Below the pieces are notes generated by a model that had not been told where the DNA came from, did no database searches, and saw nothing but the letters and a program-made list of their open reading frames with translations. DNA of 64,000 bases from Candidatus Magasanikiibacteriota bacterium. GTDB taxonomy: Bacteria > Patescibacteriota > Patescibacteriia > Magasanikbacterales > GWA2-37-8. The translations under genes were made by a program, and so were the position numbers. Below are positions 19,792 to 30,431 of this stretch, piece by piece. Where the stretch lies: NCBI GenBank assembly GCA_026396515.1, contig JAPLWQ010000002.1, positions 61,575-125,574 on the forward strand. The letters are read 5' to 3'. Position 1 is the stretch's first letter; every line of letters begins with the position of its first letter.

Positions 19792-22593
19792 TTATTTTAG
19801 ATATTTTGCCGTCCAGCTATTTTTCGTCTTCATAATCTTTTCAAGCGGACCGGCGGCCACCAGTTCACCGCCGCGCTTGCCGCCGTCGGGCCCAAGCTCA
19901 ATTATCCAATCACAATTTTTTATTACATCGATATTGTGTTCAATTATCAAAACCGTATTCCCCTTATCCACCAACTGTTCTAGCACCTGAAGCAACCGGC
20001 TGGTGTCTTCGAAATGAAGGCCAGTAGTAGGTTCATCCAATATATATAGCGTGGCGCCGGTTGAGGCACGCGACAATTCGGTGGCGAGCTTGATACGCTG
20101 GGCTTCGCCGCCGGAGAGGGTGGTGGCCGGCTGGCCCAAACGCAAATATCCCAAACCTACGTCGCGCAAGACATTCAATTTTTGCGCGATCTGTTTTTCA
20201 CTGACAAAAAATTTAAAAGCTTCTTCCACGGTCATATTCAAAACGTCGGCGATATTTTTTCCGCGACAATGAATTTCCATCGCCTCCTGATTATATCTGG
20301 AGCCATTGCACTCATTACAGGTGACAAACACATCGGCCAAAAATTGCATTGGAATACGCACATAACCCTCGCCGGCGCAGGCCTCACAACGGCCACCGCC
20401 TTTAACATTGAAACTGAATTTTCCGGCATCAAACCGGCGCATCTTTGCTTCCGGAAGCGCGGCAAACAAATCACGTATCAAAGTGAAGGCGCCGGTATAG
20501 GTGGCGGGATTGGATCGCGGAGTGCGGCCAATCGGGGTCTGGTCAATAGCGATTACTTTGTCAATATTGTTTAGCCCTTCAATCGCCTTATGAGCCCCCG
20601 GTTCCTCTTTGCTTCTGAAAAAATGCTTTGACAGCGCTTTGCTTAAAATCTCCACGATAAGAGTGGATTTTCCTGAACCGGAAACTCCGGTAACACACAG
20701 TAATTTCCCTAACGGAATATCAACCGTAATATTTTTCAAATTAAATGCACTGGCGCCGACAATCCGTATTTTTTTACCGATCTTGTCTGTTTTTTGACGC
20801 GCCAAATTGCGAGTAATTTTTATCCGGCCGGCCAAATAATCTCCGGTTAAAGAATTTTTCGCTTTTTTGATTTCAGCCAAAGTGCCCTTAGCCATTATTT
20901 CTCCGCCATAAACGCCGGCGCCGGGCCCCACATCAATTAAATAATCAGCCGCATTCATCACTGATGCGTCGTGCTCCACGACAATTACCGTGTTTCCAAG
21001 GTCACGCAAAAATTTTAATGTGTCTATCAATTTCTTAATGTCGCGCTGATGCAAACCAACTGACGGCTCGTCTAAAATATAAACAACGCCGGTGAGGCCT
21101 GAAGAAAGCTGGGTGGAAAGGCGCACACGGGTCACTTCTCCGCCCGAGAGTGTATTCATAGCCCGGTCAATGCTTAAATAATCCAGGCCGACCCGTGACA
21201 AATTTTCCAAACGGGAAACAATTTCTCTGACTACCGGGGTAACAACCGCCGAACGTGCGTCCTTTTTGCCGCTATTCCCATTCAGGCCTTTGAAAAAAAG
21301 AATGCTCTCTTCAATATTTAACGCGGCAGTTTCGGCGATATTAAATCCTTTAATTTTTACTGCCAATGATTCGGCCTTAAGACGCTTGCCATGGCAAAGC
21401 GAACAAATCTGCTCGCGCATATATTGTTCTATTTCTTTTCGGACATATTCCGAGTCAGTCGCCAAATGACGCGCCCTCAAATCTTCCATCACGCCGACAA
21501 ATGAAATCTTTTTACCCTCAACTTCATATATCTCGTTTCCGGTGCCTTTTAGAATGATATCAATTACTGATTTTGGCATTCCGGAAATGGGAGTGTCCAG
21601 TGAAAACCCACTTCTCCCCGCAACCGCTCCAAGCATCTTTTGATACCAAGATTGATTTCCCGTAATTCTTGTCCATGGTTGTATGGCGCCCTCGGCCAAA
21701 GTTAGGCGCGGATTGGGAATAACCAGATCCGGATCCACTTCCATAGTAATACCGAGTCCGGTACAGCGCGGGCAGGCGCCTAATGGGCTATTAAAAGAAA
21801 AATTGCGGATGTCCGGCGCCGGCATCATTTTTCCGCAGGACGGACACAGACCAAACGTGGAAAGAGTTTCCGGCTTACCGTTGTAGAGCAGATCAACCAG
21901 ACCATTGCTTAGATCAATCGCAGTTTCCACCGGCTTCATCGGGTCTTGTTTTTTGATATCATCAATTTTCGCCACCAGCAAACTGATATTGTATTTTGTT
22001 TTTGATTTGAAATCGTAATTGACCAGATCATTTATTTTTATAAACTCTCCGTCAATCCAAACCGTGTCCAAACCCGATTGTTCCACTTCTTCAATTATCA
22101 CTTTTGGGTCAACCGTTTGATTCCTGACCAAGGGTGACATAATAAAAACACCGCCTTTGCGGGCGTGTTGGCGCACCTTTTCGGAAATTTCTCCGGCTGT
22201 ATAAACGTCTACTTTTTCTCCGCAATCCGGGCAAAACTGTTCACCGGTGCGGGCAAACAGCAAGCGCAAATAATCATATATTTCCGTAATTGTACCTACT
22301 GTGGAGCGAGGGTTTTGTGTAGAAACGCGCTGGTCTATGGCAATTGTAGGAGATAAACCTTCAATGGAATCAACATCCGGCTTATCGCGCACTTCCATAA
22401 ACTGACGGGCGAATGAAGATAGCGATTCAGCATACCGGCGCTGGCCTTCGGCATAAATAGTATCAAAGGCGAGCGATGATTTCCCTGAACCGGAAAGACC
22501 GGTGACCACCACAAACTTATTCTTCGGAATATCAACATTAATGTTTTTTAAGTTGTGGACGCGGGCCCCTTTGATGATGATTTTGTCTGACAT
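19792..22593 (-). CDS. uvrA: Excinuclease ABC subunit A
   Basis: 933 aa; two ABC ATPase modules ([23 protein letters not shown]; [10 protein letters not shown]) and zinc-finger cysteines. Confidence 0.95.
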   Translation of the reverse strand: MSDKIIIKGARVHNLKNINVDIPKNKFVVVTGLSGSGKSSLAFDTIYAEGQRRYAESLSSFARQFMEVRDKPDVDSIEGLSPTIAIDQRVSTQNPRSTVGTITEIYDYLRLLFARTGEQFCPDCGEKVDVYTAGEISEKVRQHARKGGVFIMSPLVRNQTVDPKVIIEEVEQSGLDTVWIDGEFIKINDLVNYDFKSKTKYNISLLVAKIDDIKKQDPMKPVETAIDLSNGLVDLLYNGKPETLSTFGLCPSCGKMMPAPDIRNFSFNSPLGACPRCTGLGITMEVDPDLVIPNPRLTLAEGAIQPWTRITGNQSWYQKMLGAVAGRSGFSLDTPISGMPKSVIDIILKGTGNEIYEVEGKKISFVGVMEDLRARHLATDSEYVRKEIEQYMREQICSLCHGKRLKAESLAVKIKGFNIAETAALNIEESILFFKGLNGNSGKKDARSAVVTPVVREIVSRLENLSRVGLDYLSIDRAMNTLSGGEVTRVRLSTQLSSGLTGVVYILDEPSVGLHQRDIKKLIDTLKFLRDLGNTVIVVEHDASVMNAADYLIDVGPGAGVYGGEIMAKGTLAEIKKAKNSLTGDYLAGRIKITRNLARQKTDKIGKKIRIVGASAFNLKNITVDIPLGKLLCVTGVSGSGKSTLIVEILSKALSKHFFRSKEEPGAHKAIEGLNNIDKVIAIDQTPIGRTPRSNPATYTGAFTLIRDLFAALPEAKMRRFDAGKFSFNVKGGGRCEACAGEGYVRIPMQFLADVFVTCNECNGSRYNQEAMEIHCRGKNIADVLNMTVEEAFKFFVSEKQIAQKLNVLRDVGLGYLRLGQPATTLSGGEAQRIKLATELSRASTGATLYILDEPTTGLHFEDTSRLLQVLEQLVDKGNTVLIIEHNIDVIKNCDWIIELGPDGGKRGGELVAAGPLEKIMKTKNSWTAKYLK

Positions 22594-22712
22594 AGATTAA
22601 GAAAGATTGCCGTTTTCACGGATTATCCGCCCTGGGCGGATTTATTGACAACCAATCCTAACATTATTTTTGAATACGGTCAAGAGATAATGATCGACGT
22701 GTTCAATTTCAC

Positions 22713-24470
22713 TTATTCATCACAATAATACCAACCAGCTGGATACGAACCACCTCCGCTGTAATGCGCTAAAACTTTAAGTCCTTTTGCGGAAAGAGTT
22801 GGCCTCAACTCATTAGCGTTTTTTAGACAAATACCGCCTGTATGGACAAGAGCCCCTCCGGCATCCTTAATCATAGAAACTGTATTATTCCGATAATCAT
22901 TATCATCTGTTGAGGCATAAGGTCTTATCATACAAGCGTCCCCTGACCATGCCAAAGTGTAACAATATGCCCCGCTGGCACAGTCAGCATTTGTTGCACA
23001 ATAATTTCCTATACCGGCGCTCCCGGCACATGCCCCAACAGCAACATTATCAAATATATCTGTGTATTGCCGAACGTTACATTTTAGGCCTGGGCAATCC
23101 GTATCATATTTGCACGGCGCCCCGGCACTGCCATCAGAACACTTGGGGACGTTTTGTTCAATGCAATGCAAACCTGATTTGCAATCGCTGTTACCATTCT
23201 CAAAATCGCAAATCGAACCGCTTAATCCGTCGGAACAGAAACCAATTTCTGAATTTGTCCAACATTGAGCCATCTCAGACACACCGGGAACTTTTACGCA
23301 TTTCCCTCCGGCAGCACAGGTTGTCTTGCCGACCTCGCACATATCACCATTATACAATTCCGCTTTTTTCAGACAAACTCCATTATGATCCGCGAATGCA
23401 TCTCCAAATTCATCAATTGCATATTCCGCTCCGCCAATAAATGCCTTTCCACAAAGCAGATAGTCCCCGGTCGCATATCCGGCAACAGCAGAACATCCTA
23501 TTATGGCCTTTGCACCTGTTCTGGTAAGGTTAGCATAGATAACTTTCCCAACCGTTTTGGCCACAGCTTTTTTCGCCGCCCCTTCAGCCGCATATTTGGC
23601 AAATGTTTCTACCGGTATTTTAAGGCCATACTTTAAGGTGACTTTTACGCCGGTCTTCAGAACCTCTCTTGCAGCCACACCCATAACTTTTGCCACTTTC
23701 CCCGCTACACCCGCCGCCACACTGCTGCCACCGCCACCCATTAGTATCGTAGCGCCCTCAGCAGTATATTTTGCTATCGCAAAGCACGGACCCTCTTTAT
23801 CAGATGCAATCAACTCACAATACTTTGTATTATCTTTTTCACACATTGTCTTTGTCTCACTGCCTGCAACAGGGTCACACCACTCACCCTCCTGCACTTC
23901 ATAGCGTTCCGCATCTGTAGCAAGCAGCCAAACTTGCGGCAAACGCAAATTTACCGTTGCCGGATTAATTGTATTTAATATGGTATATGACATTAACGCG
24001 ATTATCATACCAATAACCGCTCCACCAATTCGCTTCTTTGCTTTGCCTATAGCTTCGGCGTTTCCACCTGACGTAATCCATTGGGCACCGGCAATAATAA
24101 TTACTATAACGGCAAGAATCTGAATGGCAACTAAAGAGTAGTTATAGATATTTTTTATAAAATCGCCGGCATTAAAAAAAGTATTCGTACCGCCAAAAGA
24201 AATCTGGGTTTTTGTAATTCCGATCGGCAAACATTTACCATACTCTCCGGTGCAGGGTTCTTCCTGAACCCAGCCGTCAGCGGCCGAACCTCCGCTTGAC
24301 CCCAGCATACTTTGTCTCTTCATGGTACAGGCATCTTTAGTCCAGCAAAGCGGGTTTGATTGTTCAATACCACTTTCTATGCCTTGTCCTTGAGCCAGGG
24401 CAAACCCGCCCGGTGCCAAAAAAGAAAAAAGCAAAGATAGCCACATTATGCACATTATTGCTTTTTTCAT
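22713..24470 (-). CDS. Secreted/membrane Cys-rich protein with a VirB2/TrbC-type T4SS pilin-like double-TM hairpin
   Basis: Signal peptide; two adjacent hydrophobic helices (SLVAIQILAVIVIIIAGAQW ... GGAVIGMIIALMSYTIL); more than 40 Cys in CxxC / C-x-G-x-C contexts in the N- and C-terminal extracellular parts. Confidence 0.5.
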   Translation of the reverse strand: MKKAIMCIMWLSLLFSFLAPGGFALAQGQGIESGIEQSNPLCWTKDACTMKRQSMLGSSGGSAADGWVQEEPCTGEYGKCLPIGITKTQISFGGTNTFFNAGDFIKNIYNYSLVAIQILAVIVIIIAGAQWITSGGNAEAIGKAKKRIGGAVIGMIIALMSYTILNTINPATVNLRLPQVWLLATDAERYEVQEGEWCDPVAGSETKTMCEKDNTKYCELIASDKEGPCFAIAKYTAEGATILMGGGGSSVAAGVAGKVAKVMGVAAREVLKTGVKVTLKYGLKIPVETFAKYAAEGAAKKAVAKTVGKVIYANLTRTGAKAIIGCSAVAGYATGDYLLCGKAFIGGAEYAIDEFGDAFADHNGVCLKKAELYNGDMCEVGKTTCAAGGKCVKVPGVSEMAQCWTNSEIGFCSDGLSGSICDFENGNSDCKSGLHCIEQNVPKCSDGSAGAPCKYDTDCPGLKCNVRQYTDIFDNVAVGACAGSAGIGNYCATNADCASGAYCYTLAWSGDACMIRPYASTDDNDYRNNTVSMIKDAGGALVHTGGICLKNANELRPTLSAKGLKVLAHYSGGGSYPAGWYYCDE

Positions 24471-24475
24471 ATTTT

Positions 24476-25228
24476 TTACAATTTTATAGCTTTAAATAAT
24501 TTTTCCCAACTTTCAAACGGTACGGCTCCTTCAAAAATTTGGCCATTGATAAAATATGTAGGCGTGCCGCGGGTTACACCGTTACGGTAGGCATCGGTAT
24601 AATCGGTATTCACTTCAGTCCGGCCCCTGCCCATTTCCAGACAATCTCCCATCTTTATTTTGTCCACGCCAAATTCATCGCAGAGTTGTTCGACTGTCGC
24701 AAGCGGCATTTCCGTGCCAAGAGCATCCTGATTGGCAAAGAAATAATCGGAAAAACTCCAGTACGCCCCCTGCTCATTGGCGCAAGAAGCAATTTCAGCC
24801 AATCGCGAAGTGCCGGGGTGCACTGATTCCATCGGGAAATCGCGAATAATCACTTTTATTTTATAGCCATATTTGCCGATCAACCGCATAATTTCCGGGG
24901 CTTGCGCTTTGCATATCGGACATTTAAAATCCATAAATTCCACAATAACCAAACCGGCGTTTTGGCTTCCTAAATAAGGGTCGTCGGTTGTTTCCAATAC
25001 TTTTCGCGCCTCCGTAATCTTCGGATCTTCTCCCTGTACTACGGCGCTCTGCTGAGCAAATTGATTCGCCAGCATCTCCCCTTGGCCGGATTTCAGCGCC
25101 TGCCAATAATTAAAGACCAGTACGGCCAGAGCAATGAACGCGGCAAAAAATATACAAAGAAAAACCAGAAGAGCGATGCCCCACCAGCTTGAATACCAGT
25201 GTTTTTTTACTGCCGAAAATCCGTTCAT
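24476..25228 (-). CDS. Membrane-anchored DsbA-like thiol:disulfide oxidoreductase
   Basis: N-terminal TM; thioredoxin-fold CPIC active site (FMDFKCPICKAQAPE). Confidence 0.7.
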   Translation of the reverse strand: MNGFSAVKKHWYSSWWGIALLVFLCIFFAAFIALAVLVFNYWQALKSGQGEMLANQFAQQSAVVQGEDPKITEARKVLETTDDPYLGSQNAGLVIVEFMDFKCPICKAQAPEIMRLIGKYGYKIKVIIRDFPMESVHPGTSRLAEIASCANEQGAYWSFSDYFFANQDALGTEMPLATVEQLCDEFGVDKIKMGDCLEMGRGRTEVNTDYTDAYRNGVTRGTPTYFINGQIFEGAVPFESWEKLFKAIKL

Positions 25229-25295
25229 ATGAAATATTCTCCCGCCAATTCGGCTTACATTATTTTACCACGAAACTGACGCGCCGCCAACGTCA

Positions 25296-25324
25296 TTGAC
25301 AAAAGGCCTTATTAATGATATACT
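25296..25324 (+). promoter_or_regulatory. Sigma70-like promoter for secG (TTGACA-N17-TATACT)
   Basis: Consensus -35 with a 17-nt spacer. Confidence 0.5.
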
Positions 25325-25354
25325 GTTTATACTTGATTTTATATTTTTCGAGCT

Positions 25355-25573
25355 ATGAACTCCAGTTGGTTCAATATTGTGCAAATTGTACTGTCTATTA
25401 CGCTTGTCCTGGTTATTTTGCTCCAGCAAAAAGGCGCCGGCGTCGGCGGCATTTTTGGCGGATCCTCAAACATTTACAGCACTAAACGCGGCGTTGACAA
25501 GGTATTGTTTTACGTCACAATTATCATTTCCTGCCTCTTCTTCGGCCTGTCTCTGGCCAGACTTTTTTTCTAA
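25355..25573 (+). CDS. secG: Preprotein translocase subunit SecG
   Basis: 72 aa, two TM helices, LLQQKGAGVGGIFGGSS motif. Confidence 0.7.
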   Translation: MNSSWFNIVQIVLSITLVLVILLQQKGAGVGGIFGGSSNIYSTKRGVDKVLFYVTIIISCLFFGLSLARLFF

Positions 25574-25617
25574 TCAGTTGCCGGACCACGAGGCGCTTCT
25601 TCTAATTTTTCCTAAAC

Positions 25618-27561
25618 ATGGATTGGCACAAAATCTTCAAGCCTTTCTTTAAGCGCGAACCAAAACCGTTGGTCCGTGATTTTGACAAAAAATTGGTAAA
25701 AAATCTTCGCCATCGCTTCTGGCCATCGCGAGCGCAACTGCGCTATCTTGGCCGTTTTCTTTCCAAGCGGGAAAAAACGATCATCGGTCTTTCATGTTTT
25801 TTTATTCTCGCAGTTTTCATCGCCTGGTTCATTATTATTCTCCCTAAGCACAGAGAAATACTGCCAAAAAGCGGCGGTGAATATATTGAAGCGCTGGTGG
25901 GACAGCCAAAACTGATTAACCCGGTATTCGCGTCAGCCAATGATGTCGACGCCGACATTTCCCCTCTGCTTTACGCGCGTCTTTTTAAAATTGGCGAGGG
26001 GCAAAAGCTGATTTCCGAGCTGGCTTCAAGCTTAAGCATCAGCGACGATCAAAAAATTTATAGCATTAAGTTGCGCGAAGATGCCTTTTGGACAGACGAT
26101 GAAAAAATAACAGCCGATGATGTGCTGTTCACCTTTGAGACAATTCAAAATCCGGAGACAAATAGTCCGCTGTATCCGGCTTTCAACGGAGTAACCGTTG
26201 AAAAAATTAATGAATACGAAGTTAGATTAACGCTAAAAGAAGCATACACGCCGTTTGCCGGCAGTTTGGCAGTTGGAATCATTCCGGAACATATCTTCGG
26301 CCAAATCCCCCCGGCATCGCTTCGCCTGGCAAATGAGAACCTTCAGCCGCAGGCCGTGTCCGGTCCGTGGAAATTTTCAAAAATGATAAAAAATGAAACC
26401 AATATTGAAACCCTGACGCTTGAACGCAACGACCGCTTCTTTGGCGAATTGCCATACCTTAAGAAATTATCATTCAAATTTTATCAGGATGTAGCGGAGG
26501 CGGCTGACGATTTGCACGCTAAAGCAATTATGGGCCTGGCATTTTTGCCGAGAAATTTGAGCGAAAAATTGGCCGGCAAAAACTTTTCCAGTTATGACCT
26601 ACACCTGCCGCAATATACCGCGCTGTTTTTCAACCAAAGCAGCCAGCCGTTTTTGAAAAATGCCGACCTAAAGCAGGCGCTGGCCAAGGCAATTGATAAA
26701 AAAACCGTTCTTCAGTCGGCGCTCGGCGACCAAGGCGAAACTATAGAAGCGCCGATTCTTCCCGGTTTTGTCGGATTTAATGCTGACATAAAAAAAATTG
26801 AATATAATGTTGACGAGGCCAATGCTTTGCTGGACAAAGAATGGCCGCGGCTGACGCCGGAAGAATATTTTGCTCTGAAACGCGACGAAATGATTAAGGA
26901 GCGCATTGACGCCGTAAAAAATAATGATGATTTCAAAGCGAATTCTTCCACCATAACCGCCGACGTCACCAAAGAAGCTGAGGAGACAATTCGTTCAAGC
27001 ATGCGACCTGATCAGGCTTTTTATAGAAAAAATAAGCAGAACGCAGTGCTGTCGCTCACTATTACAACTGCGGACACTCCGGAATACCAAAACGCTGCGG
27101 AGACGCTTGCGCTGATGTGGAGGGCCATAGGAGTGCAGACGGGAGTATTGGTGGTTCAAGGACGACAAATCGGACGGGATGTTTTGAAAGGGCGTGAATA
27201 CGAGATACTGTTATACGGAGAAATTGTCGGTGATGATCCGGATCCATATCCATTCTGGCATTCTTCGCAAACCGAATACCCCGGCTTAAATTTAGCCATG
27301 TATTCCGACAGACAGGCGGATAAATTGCTTGAGGACGCCAGATTCGCCACCAGTACCGAAACTCGCGAAAAAATTTATCGTGAATTTCAAGACACTTTGC
27401 TTAAAGCCATGCCGGCGATATTTCTCTACACCCCCAGTTACGAATATCTGATAGATAATGAAGTGCGCGGTGTGGACATTGGCCGCATTTACTCCCCTGC
27501 CGACCGTTTCAACAACCTGAACAAGTGGTACATCAAGACCCGCTGGGGCTGGAAAAAATAA
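25618..27561 (+). CDS. Membrane-anchored ABC-transporter substrate-binding protein, family 5 (peptide/nickel type)
   Basis: N-terminal TM then an SBP_bac_5-like domain (about 600 aa); no cognate permease or ATPase in the window. Confidence 0.65.
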   Translation: MDWHKIFKPFFKREPKPLVRDFDKKLVKNLRHRFWPSRAQLRYLGRFLSKREKTIIGLSCFFILAVFIAWFIIILPKHREILPKSGGEYIEALVGQPKLINPVFASANDVDADISPLLYARLFKIGEGQKLISELASSLSISDDQKIYSIKLREDAFWTDDEKITADDVLFTFETIQNPETNSPLYPAFNGVTVEKINEYEVRLTLKEAYTPFAGSLAVGIIPEHIFGQIPPASLRLANENLQPQAVSGPWKFSKMIKNETNIETLTLERNDRFFGELPYLKKLSFKFYQDVAEAADDLHAKAIMGLAFLPRNLSEKLAGKNFSSYDLHLPQYTALFFNQSSQPFLKNADLKQALAKAIDKKTVLQSALGDQGETIEAPILPGFVGFNADIKKIEYNVDEANALLDKEWPRLTPEEYFALKRDEMIKERIDAVKNNDDFKANSSTITADVTKEAEETIRSSMRPDQAFYRKNKQNAVLSLTITTADTPEYQNAAETLALMWRAIGVQTGVLVVQGRQIGRDVLKGREYEILLYGEIVGDDPDPYPFWHSSQTEYPGLNLAMYSDRQADKLLEDARFATSTETREKIYREFQDTLLKAMPAIFLYTPSYEYLIDNEVRGVDIGRIYSPADRFNNLNKWYIKTRWGWKK

Positions 27562-27578
27562 TAAAAAATTTATCATTC

Positions 27579-27660
27579 GCGGACGTGGCGGAACTGGTAT
27601 ACGCGTACGTCTCAGAAGCGTATGGAGCAATCCATGAGGGTTCGAGTCCCTCCGTCCGCA
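27579..27660 (+). tRNA. tRNA-Leu (anticodon CAG)
   Basis: GCGGACG/CGTCCGC acceptor, anticodon arm TACGT-CTCAGAA-GCGTA, 13-nt variable arm (TGGAGCAATCCAT), T-arm GAGGG-TTCGAGT-CCCTC, discriminator A. Confidence 0.85.
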
Positions 27661-27799
27661 CTAGTTATATAGCGAGCAAATAGTTTTGCTCGCGCTCTGG
27701 GACGAGAACACCGGAGCGATGCAGAGCGACGCAAAGAGCGAGCGAGGCCGCGAGGCGGTGGCTATCCCGAGTTGGCGGAAGCCAACGAGGGGCAAAGCC

Positions 27800-27819
27800 G
27801 AGTCCCTCCGTCCGCACCA
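27800..27819 (+). repeat. Duplicate of the tRNA-Leu 3' end (17 nt plus CCA); a second shorter duplicate at 27885..27897
   Basis: GAGTCCCTCCGTCCGCACCA repeats the T-arm 3' half and acceptor 3' strand exactly; CTCCGTCCGCACA repeats again 85 nt further on; intervening DNA is rich in GAGCGA motifs with hairpins. Confidence 0.5.
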
Positions 27820-28027
27820 AGAAACTCTGTGCAAGAGTCTTTTACCCCGTAGTGAATGAGAGCGAAGCGAGTTCTACTTCAGGGCTCCGTCCGCACAATT
27901 TGAAGAATACGGGATAGTATTTTTTCTCTAAAATATTTTTAATTCCGCTTGTCGAAACGGAATTAACCTTCTTCTAATTTTATTAATTAATTTCATATAG
28001 CGAAAATAATTCGCAAAAAATCTATTT

Positions 28028-29821
28028 ATGATATCACGTTTAACTCAACACAAAACCGGCGACAGCCGGCATCGCCGCGCGTTTGAAACGCGCCGGCGCG
28101 ACAAAACGCCCACCAGCGGCCAGGAAAGCCGCCAATCCTTTTCGCGTTTCCGCAGTACGGAAACAAAGCTCCGCGTAGCTGTGCTCGGAGGTCTCGAGGA
28201 AGTGGGGCGAAACTGCACCATGATCGAATATAATGGCGACATTATTATTATTGACATGGGCCTTCAGTTCCCAGAGGAAGATATGCCCGGGATTGATTAC
28301 ATTATCCCCAACATCGGCTACCTAAAGGGAAAAGAAAAAAATATTCGCGGAGTAATTATTACGCACGCGCACTATGACCACATCGGAGGCATCCCTCATT
28401 TGATTCCGGCACTCGGCTATCCGCCAATCTACGGCCTGCCTTTAACCACGGCGATAATTAAAAAACGCCAGGATGATTTCCGTGATCTGCGTCCGCTTAA
28501 TATTCACAATATTACGCTCAACGACAAGCTGCGTTTGGGATCTTTTGAATTGGAATTTTTTCATTTAAACCACAATATCCCCGACTCAATGGGCGTGGTC
28601 GTGCATACTCCTGAAGGCACAATTATTCATTCGGGCGACTGGAAATTTGACTATCAGCCGGTTGGGGAAGCGCCAGCCGACCTTCAGCGTATTGCACAGA
28701 TCGGCGCGAGCGGTGTGCTGGCTCTGCTCTCGGATTCCACAAATGCATCACACCCGGGACATCAAATGTCTGAATCGGAAATCAGCTCAAACTTGGAGGA
28801 AATCGTCTCTAAAGCGCCCGGCCGTTTGATCGTCGGCACTTTTTCTTCTTTACTTTCCCGTATCCGCCAGATTATTGAAATCAGCGAAAAACAGGGAAAA
28901 ATTGTGGCACTCGATGGTTATTCAATGAAAAGCAATATTGAAATCGCCAAAGAGCTGGGCTACATGAAATTTAATCCGAAAACATTGATTGACTTAAAAC
29001 GCATTGATGATTACCCGAACAACAAAGTGGTAATCATGTGCACCGGCGCACAGGGCGAAAAGAACGCATCGCTAATGCGTATTGCCAACGGCGAACATCG
29101 TACTGTTAGAATCATCCCGGGCGACACGGTAGTGTTTTCTTCTTCGGTTATCCCGGGCAACGAACGCACGGTTCAACGCCTTAAAGATACGCTCTTTAGA
29201 AAAGGCGCTGAAGTGATTCATTACCAAATGATGGACGTGCATGCCGGCGGACACGCCAAGGCGGATGATGTTAAGTTGATGGTACGCCTGATCAATCCAA
29301 AATATTTTGTGCCGATTGAAGGCAACCACCACCTTTTGCACTACAATGCCAAAACCGTGGAGTCGCTTGGATTTCCCAAGGAAAATATTTTCATCGCCGA
29401 CAACGGACAAATAATGGAATTTTTCCGCGGTACCGGAAAGCTGACTAAAGAAAAAGTGCCGGCCGATTATGTGTTCGTGGACGGTCTGGGCGTGTCCGAT
29501 GAAACCAATGTGGTGCTTCGCGACCGCCAGATGCTGGCCGAAGACGGAATGATTGTAGTGATTGCCACAGTGAATTCCAAAACCGGACAGTTGATTCAGA
29601 ATCCGGATATTATTTCGCGCGGTTTTGTTTTCCTCAAAGAAAATAAAGAATTGATTGAGGACTTGCGCCACCGCGTGAAAAAACTGATTCACGATTCCGA
29701 TCCGCTCTCTTGGGCCGATACAAACAATATCAAAAACAAGATACGCGATTATGTCGGACAGTTTCTGTTTACCAAAACAGAAAAACGCCCAATGGTACTT
29801 CCAGTGGTGATTGAAGTGTAA
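28028..29821 (+). CDS. rnj: Ribonuclease J (metallo-beta-lactamase / beta-CASP)
   Basis: VIITHAHYDHIGG (HxHxDH) and beta-CASP motifs; N-terminal ~45-aa Arg-rich extension. Confidence 0.85.
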   Translation: MISRLTQHKTGDSRHRRAFETRRRDKTPTSGQESRQSFSRFRSTETKLRVAVLGGLEEVGRNCTMIEYNGDIIIIDMGLQFPEEDMPGIDYIIPNIGYLKGKEKNIRGVIITHAHYDHIGGIPHLIPALGYPPIYGLPLTTAIIKKRQDDFRDLRPLNIHNITLNDKLRLGSFELEFFHLNHNIPDSMGVVVHTPEGTIIHSGDWKFDYQPVGEAPADLQRIAQIGASGVLALLSDSTNASHPGHQMSESEISSNLEEIVSKAPGRLIVGTFSSLLSRIRQIIEISEKQGKIVALDGYSMKSNIEIAKELGYMKFNPKTLIDLKRIDDYPNNKVVIMCTGAQGEKNASLMRIANGEHRTVRIIPGDTVVFSSSVIPGNERTVQRLKDTLFRKGAEVIHYQMMDVHAGGHAKADDVKLMVRLINPKYFVPIEGNHHLLHYNAKTVESLGFPKENIFIADNGQIMEFFRGTGKLTKEKVPADYVFVDGLGVSDETNVVLRDRQMLAEDGMIVVIATVNSKTGQLIQNPDIISRGFVFLKENKELIEDLRHRVKKLIHDSDPLSWADTNNIKNKIRDYVGQFLFTKTEKRPMVLPVVIEV

Positions 29822-29832
29822 AAATTACTATT

Positions 29833-29866
29833 AAAAAACTCTCCGCCTAAAGGCGGAGAGTTTTTT
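29833..29866. terminator. Bidirectional terminator after rnj
   Basis: CTCTCCGCC-TAAA-GGCGGAGAG flanked by A and T runs. Confidence 0.6.
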
Positions 29867-29889
29867 GTATACAGATATCTACATCTGAC

Positions 29890-30267
29890 CTATCTACGAT
29901 TGCGATACTGAGGCGAAGAAGATAATTCTTTTATTTCGTCTAATTCATCAGCCATCATCATTAATGTCTTATAGGCCTCACTATCTTTACCAAATTTTTC
30001 CATTACCGTTCTTACCTTTTGGGCGTCTTCTTTGGATACATTACCCCAATAACCTGAATCCGGATCAAACGCGGAAAGCGCCATTATCGCATTATCAATT
30101 ATTCTTATCTTCTTTTGGATAGCAACTCGATGAGATGATATTATGTCGCTAGTCTCTTTCTTCCAATTTTCATTTATTTTCCGGGACTCTCTTCTTGTTT
30201 TCAGTGGCACCTCCCCCTCTATTTCTTTATATGTTTCTGGCGGTACAAATTTTGACGTTTCTGGCAT
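29890..30267 (-). CDS. Hypothetical protein (125 aa, charged)
   Basis: ORF only. Confidence 0.4.
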   Translation of the reverse strand: MPETSKFVPPETYKEIEGEVPLKTRRESRKINENWKKETSDIISSHRVAIQKKIRIIDNAIMALSAFDPDSGYWGNVSKEDAQKVRTVMEKFGKDSEAYKTLMMMADELDEIKELSSSPQYRNRR

Positions 30268-30344
30268 ATTGGTAAATAATTACATAAATTATCTTATTAT
30301 TCATAATACCCCATCCACTGACTTTTTGGCAAATGTTTGTTCCC

Positions 30345-30374
30345 AAAAAACCACCGCGCGAGCGGTGGTTTTTT
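30345..30374. terminator. Hairpin terminator/insulator immediately before the TTGACA promoter (30377..) of the 30432 gene
   Basis: AAAAAACCACCGC-GCGA-GCGGTGGTTTTTT. Confidence 0.45.
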
Positions 30375-30431
30375 GTTTGACATTGTTGTGGTAGATGATA
30401 AGATTAATGCATATAAAAAGCCAAAACACTT

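Noticed and set aside
22594-22712. LexA/SOS box upstream of uvrA
   Set aside because: GAACACGTCGATC is not a palindromic GAAC-N4-GTTC or CTGT-N8-ACAG site. Only a generic TTGACC-N17-TAGGAT promoter and a small hairpin are present.
27579-27822. tmRNA (ssrA) starting at the tRNA-Leu 5' acceptor and ending at the downstream CGTCCGC-A-CCA copy
   Set aside because: The first 82 nt fold as a complete canonical tRNA-Leu with an anticodon arm, the downstream T-loop analogue would be 12 nt, and no tag reading frame ending in ...AA-stop or pseudoknots could be found. Kept only as something to test with Infernal.
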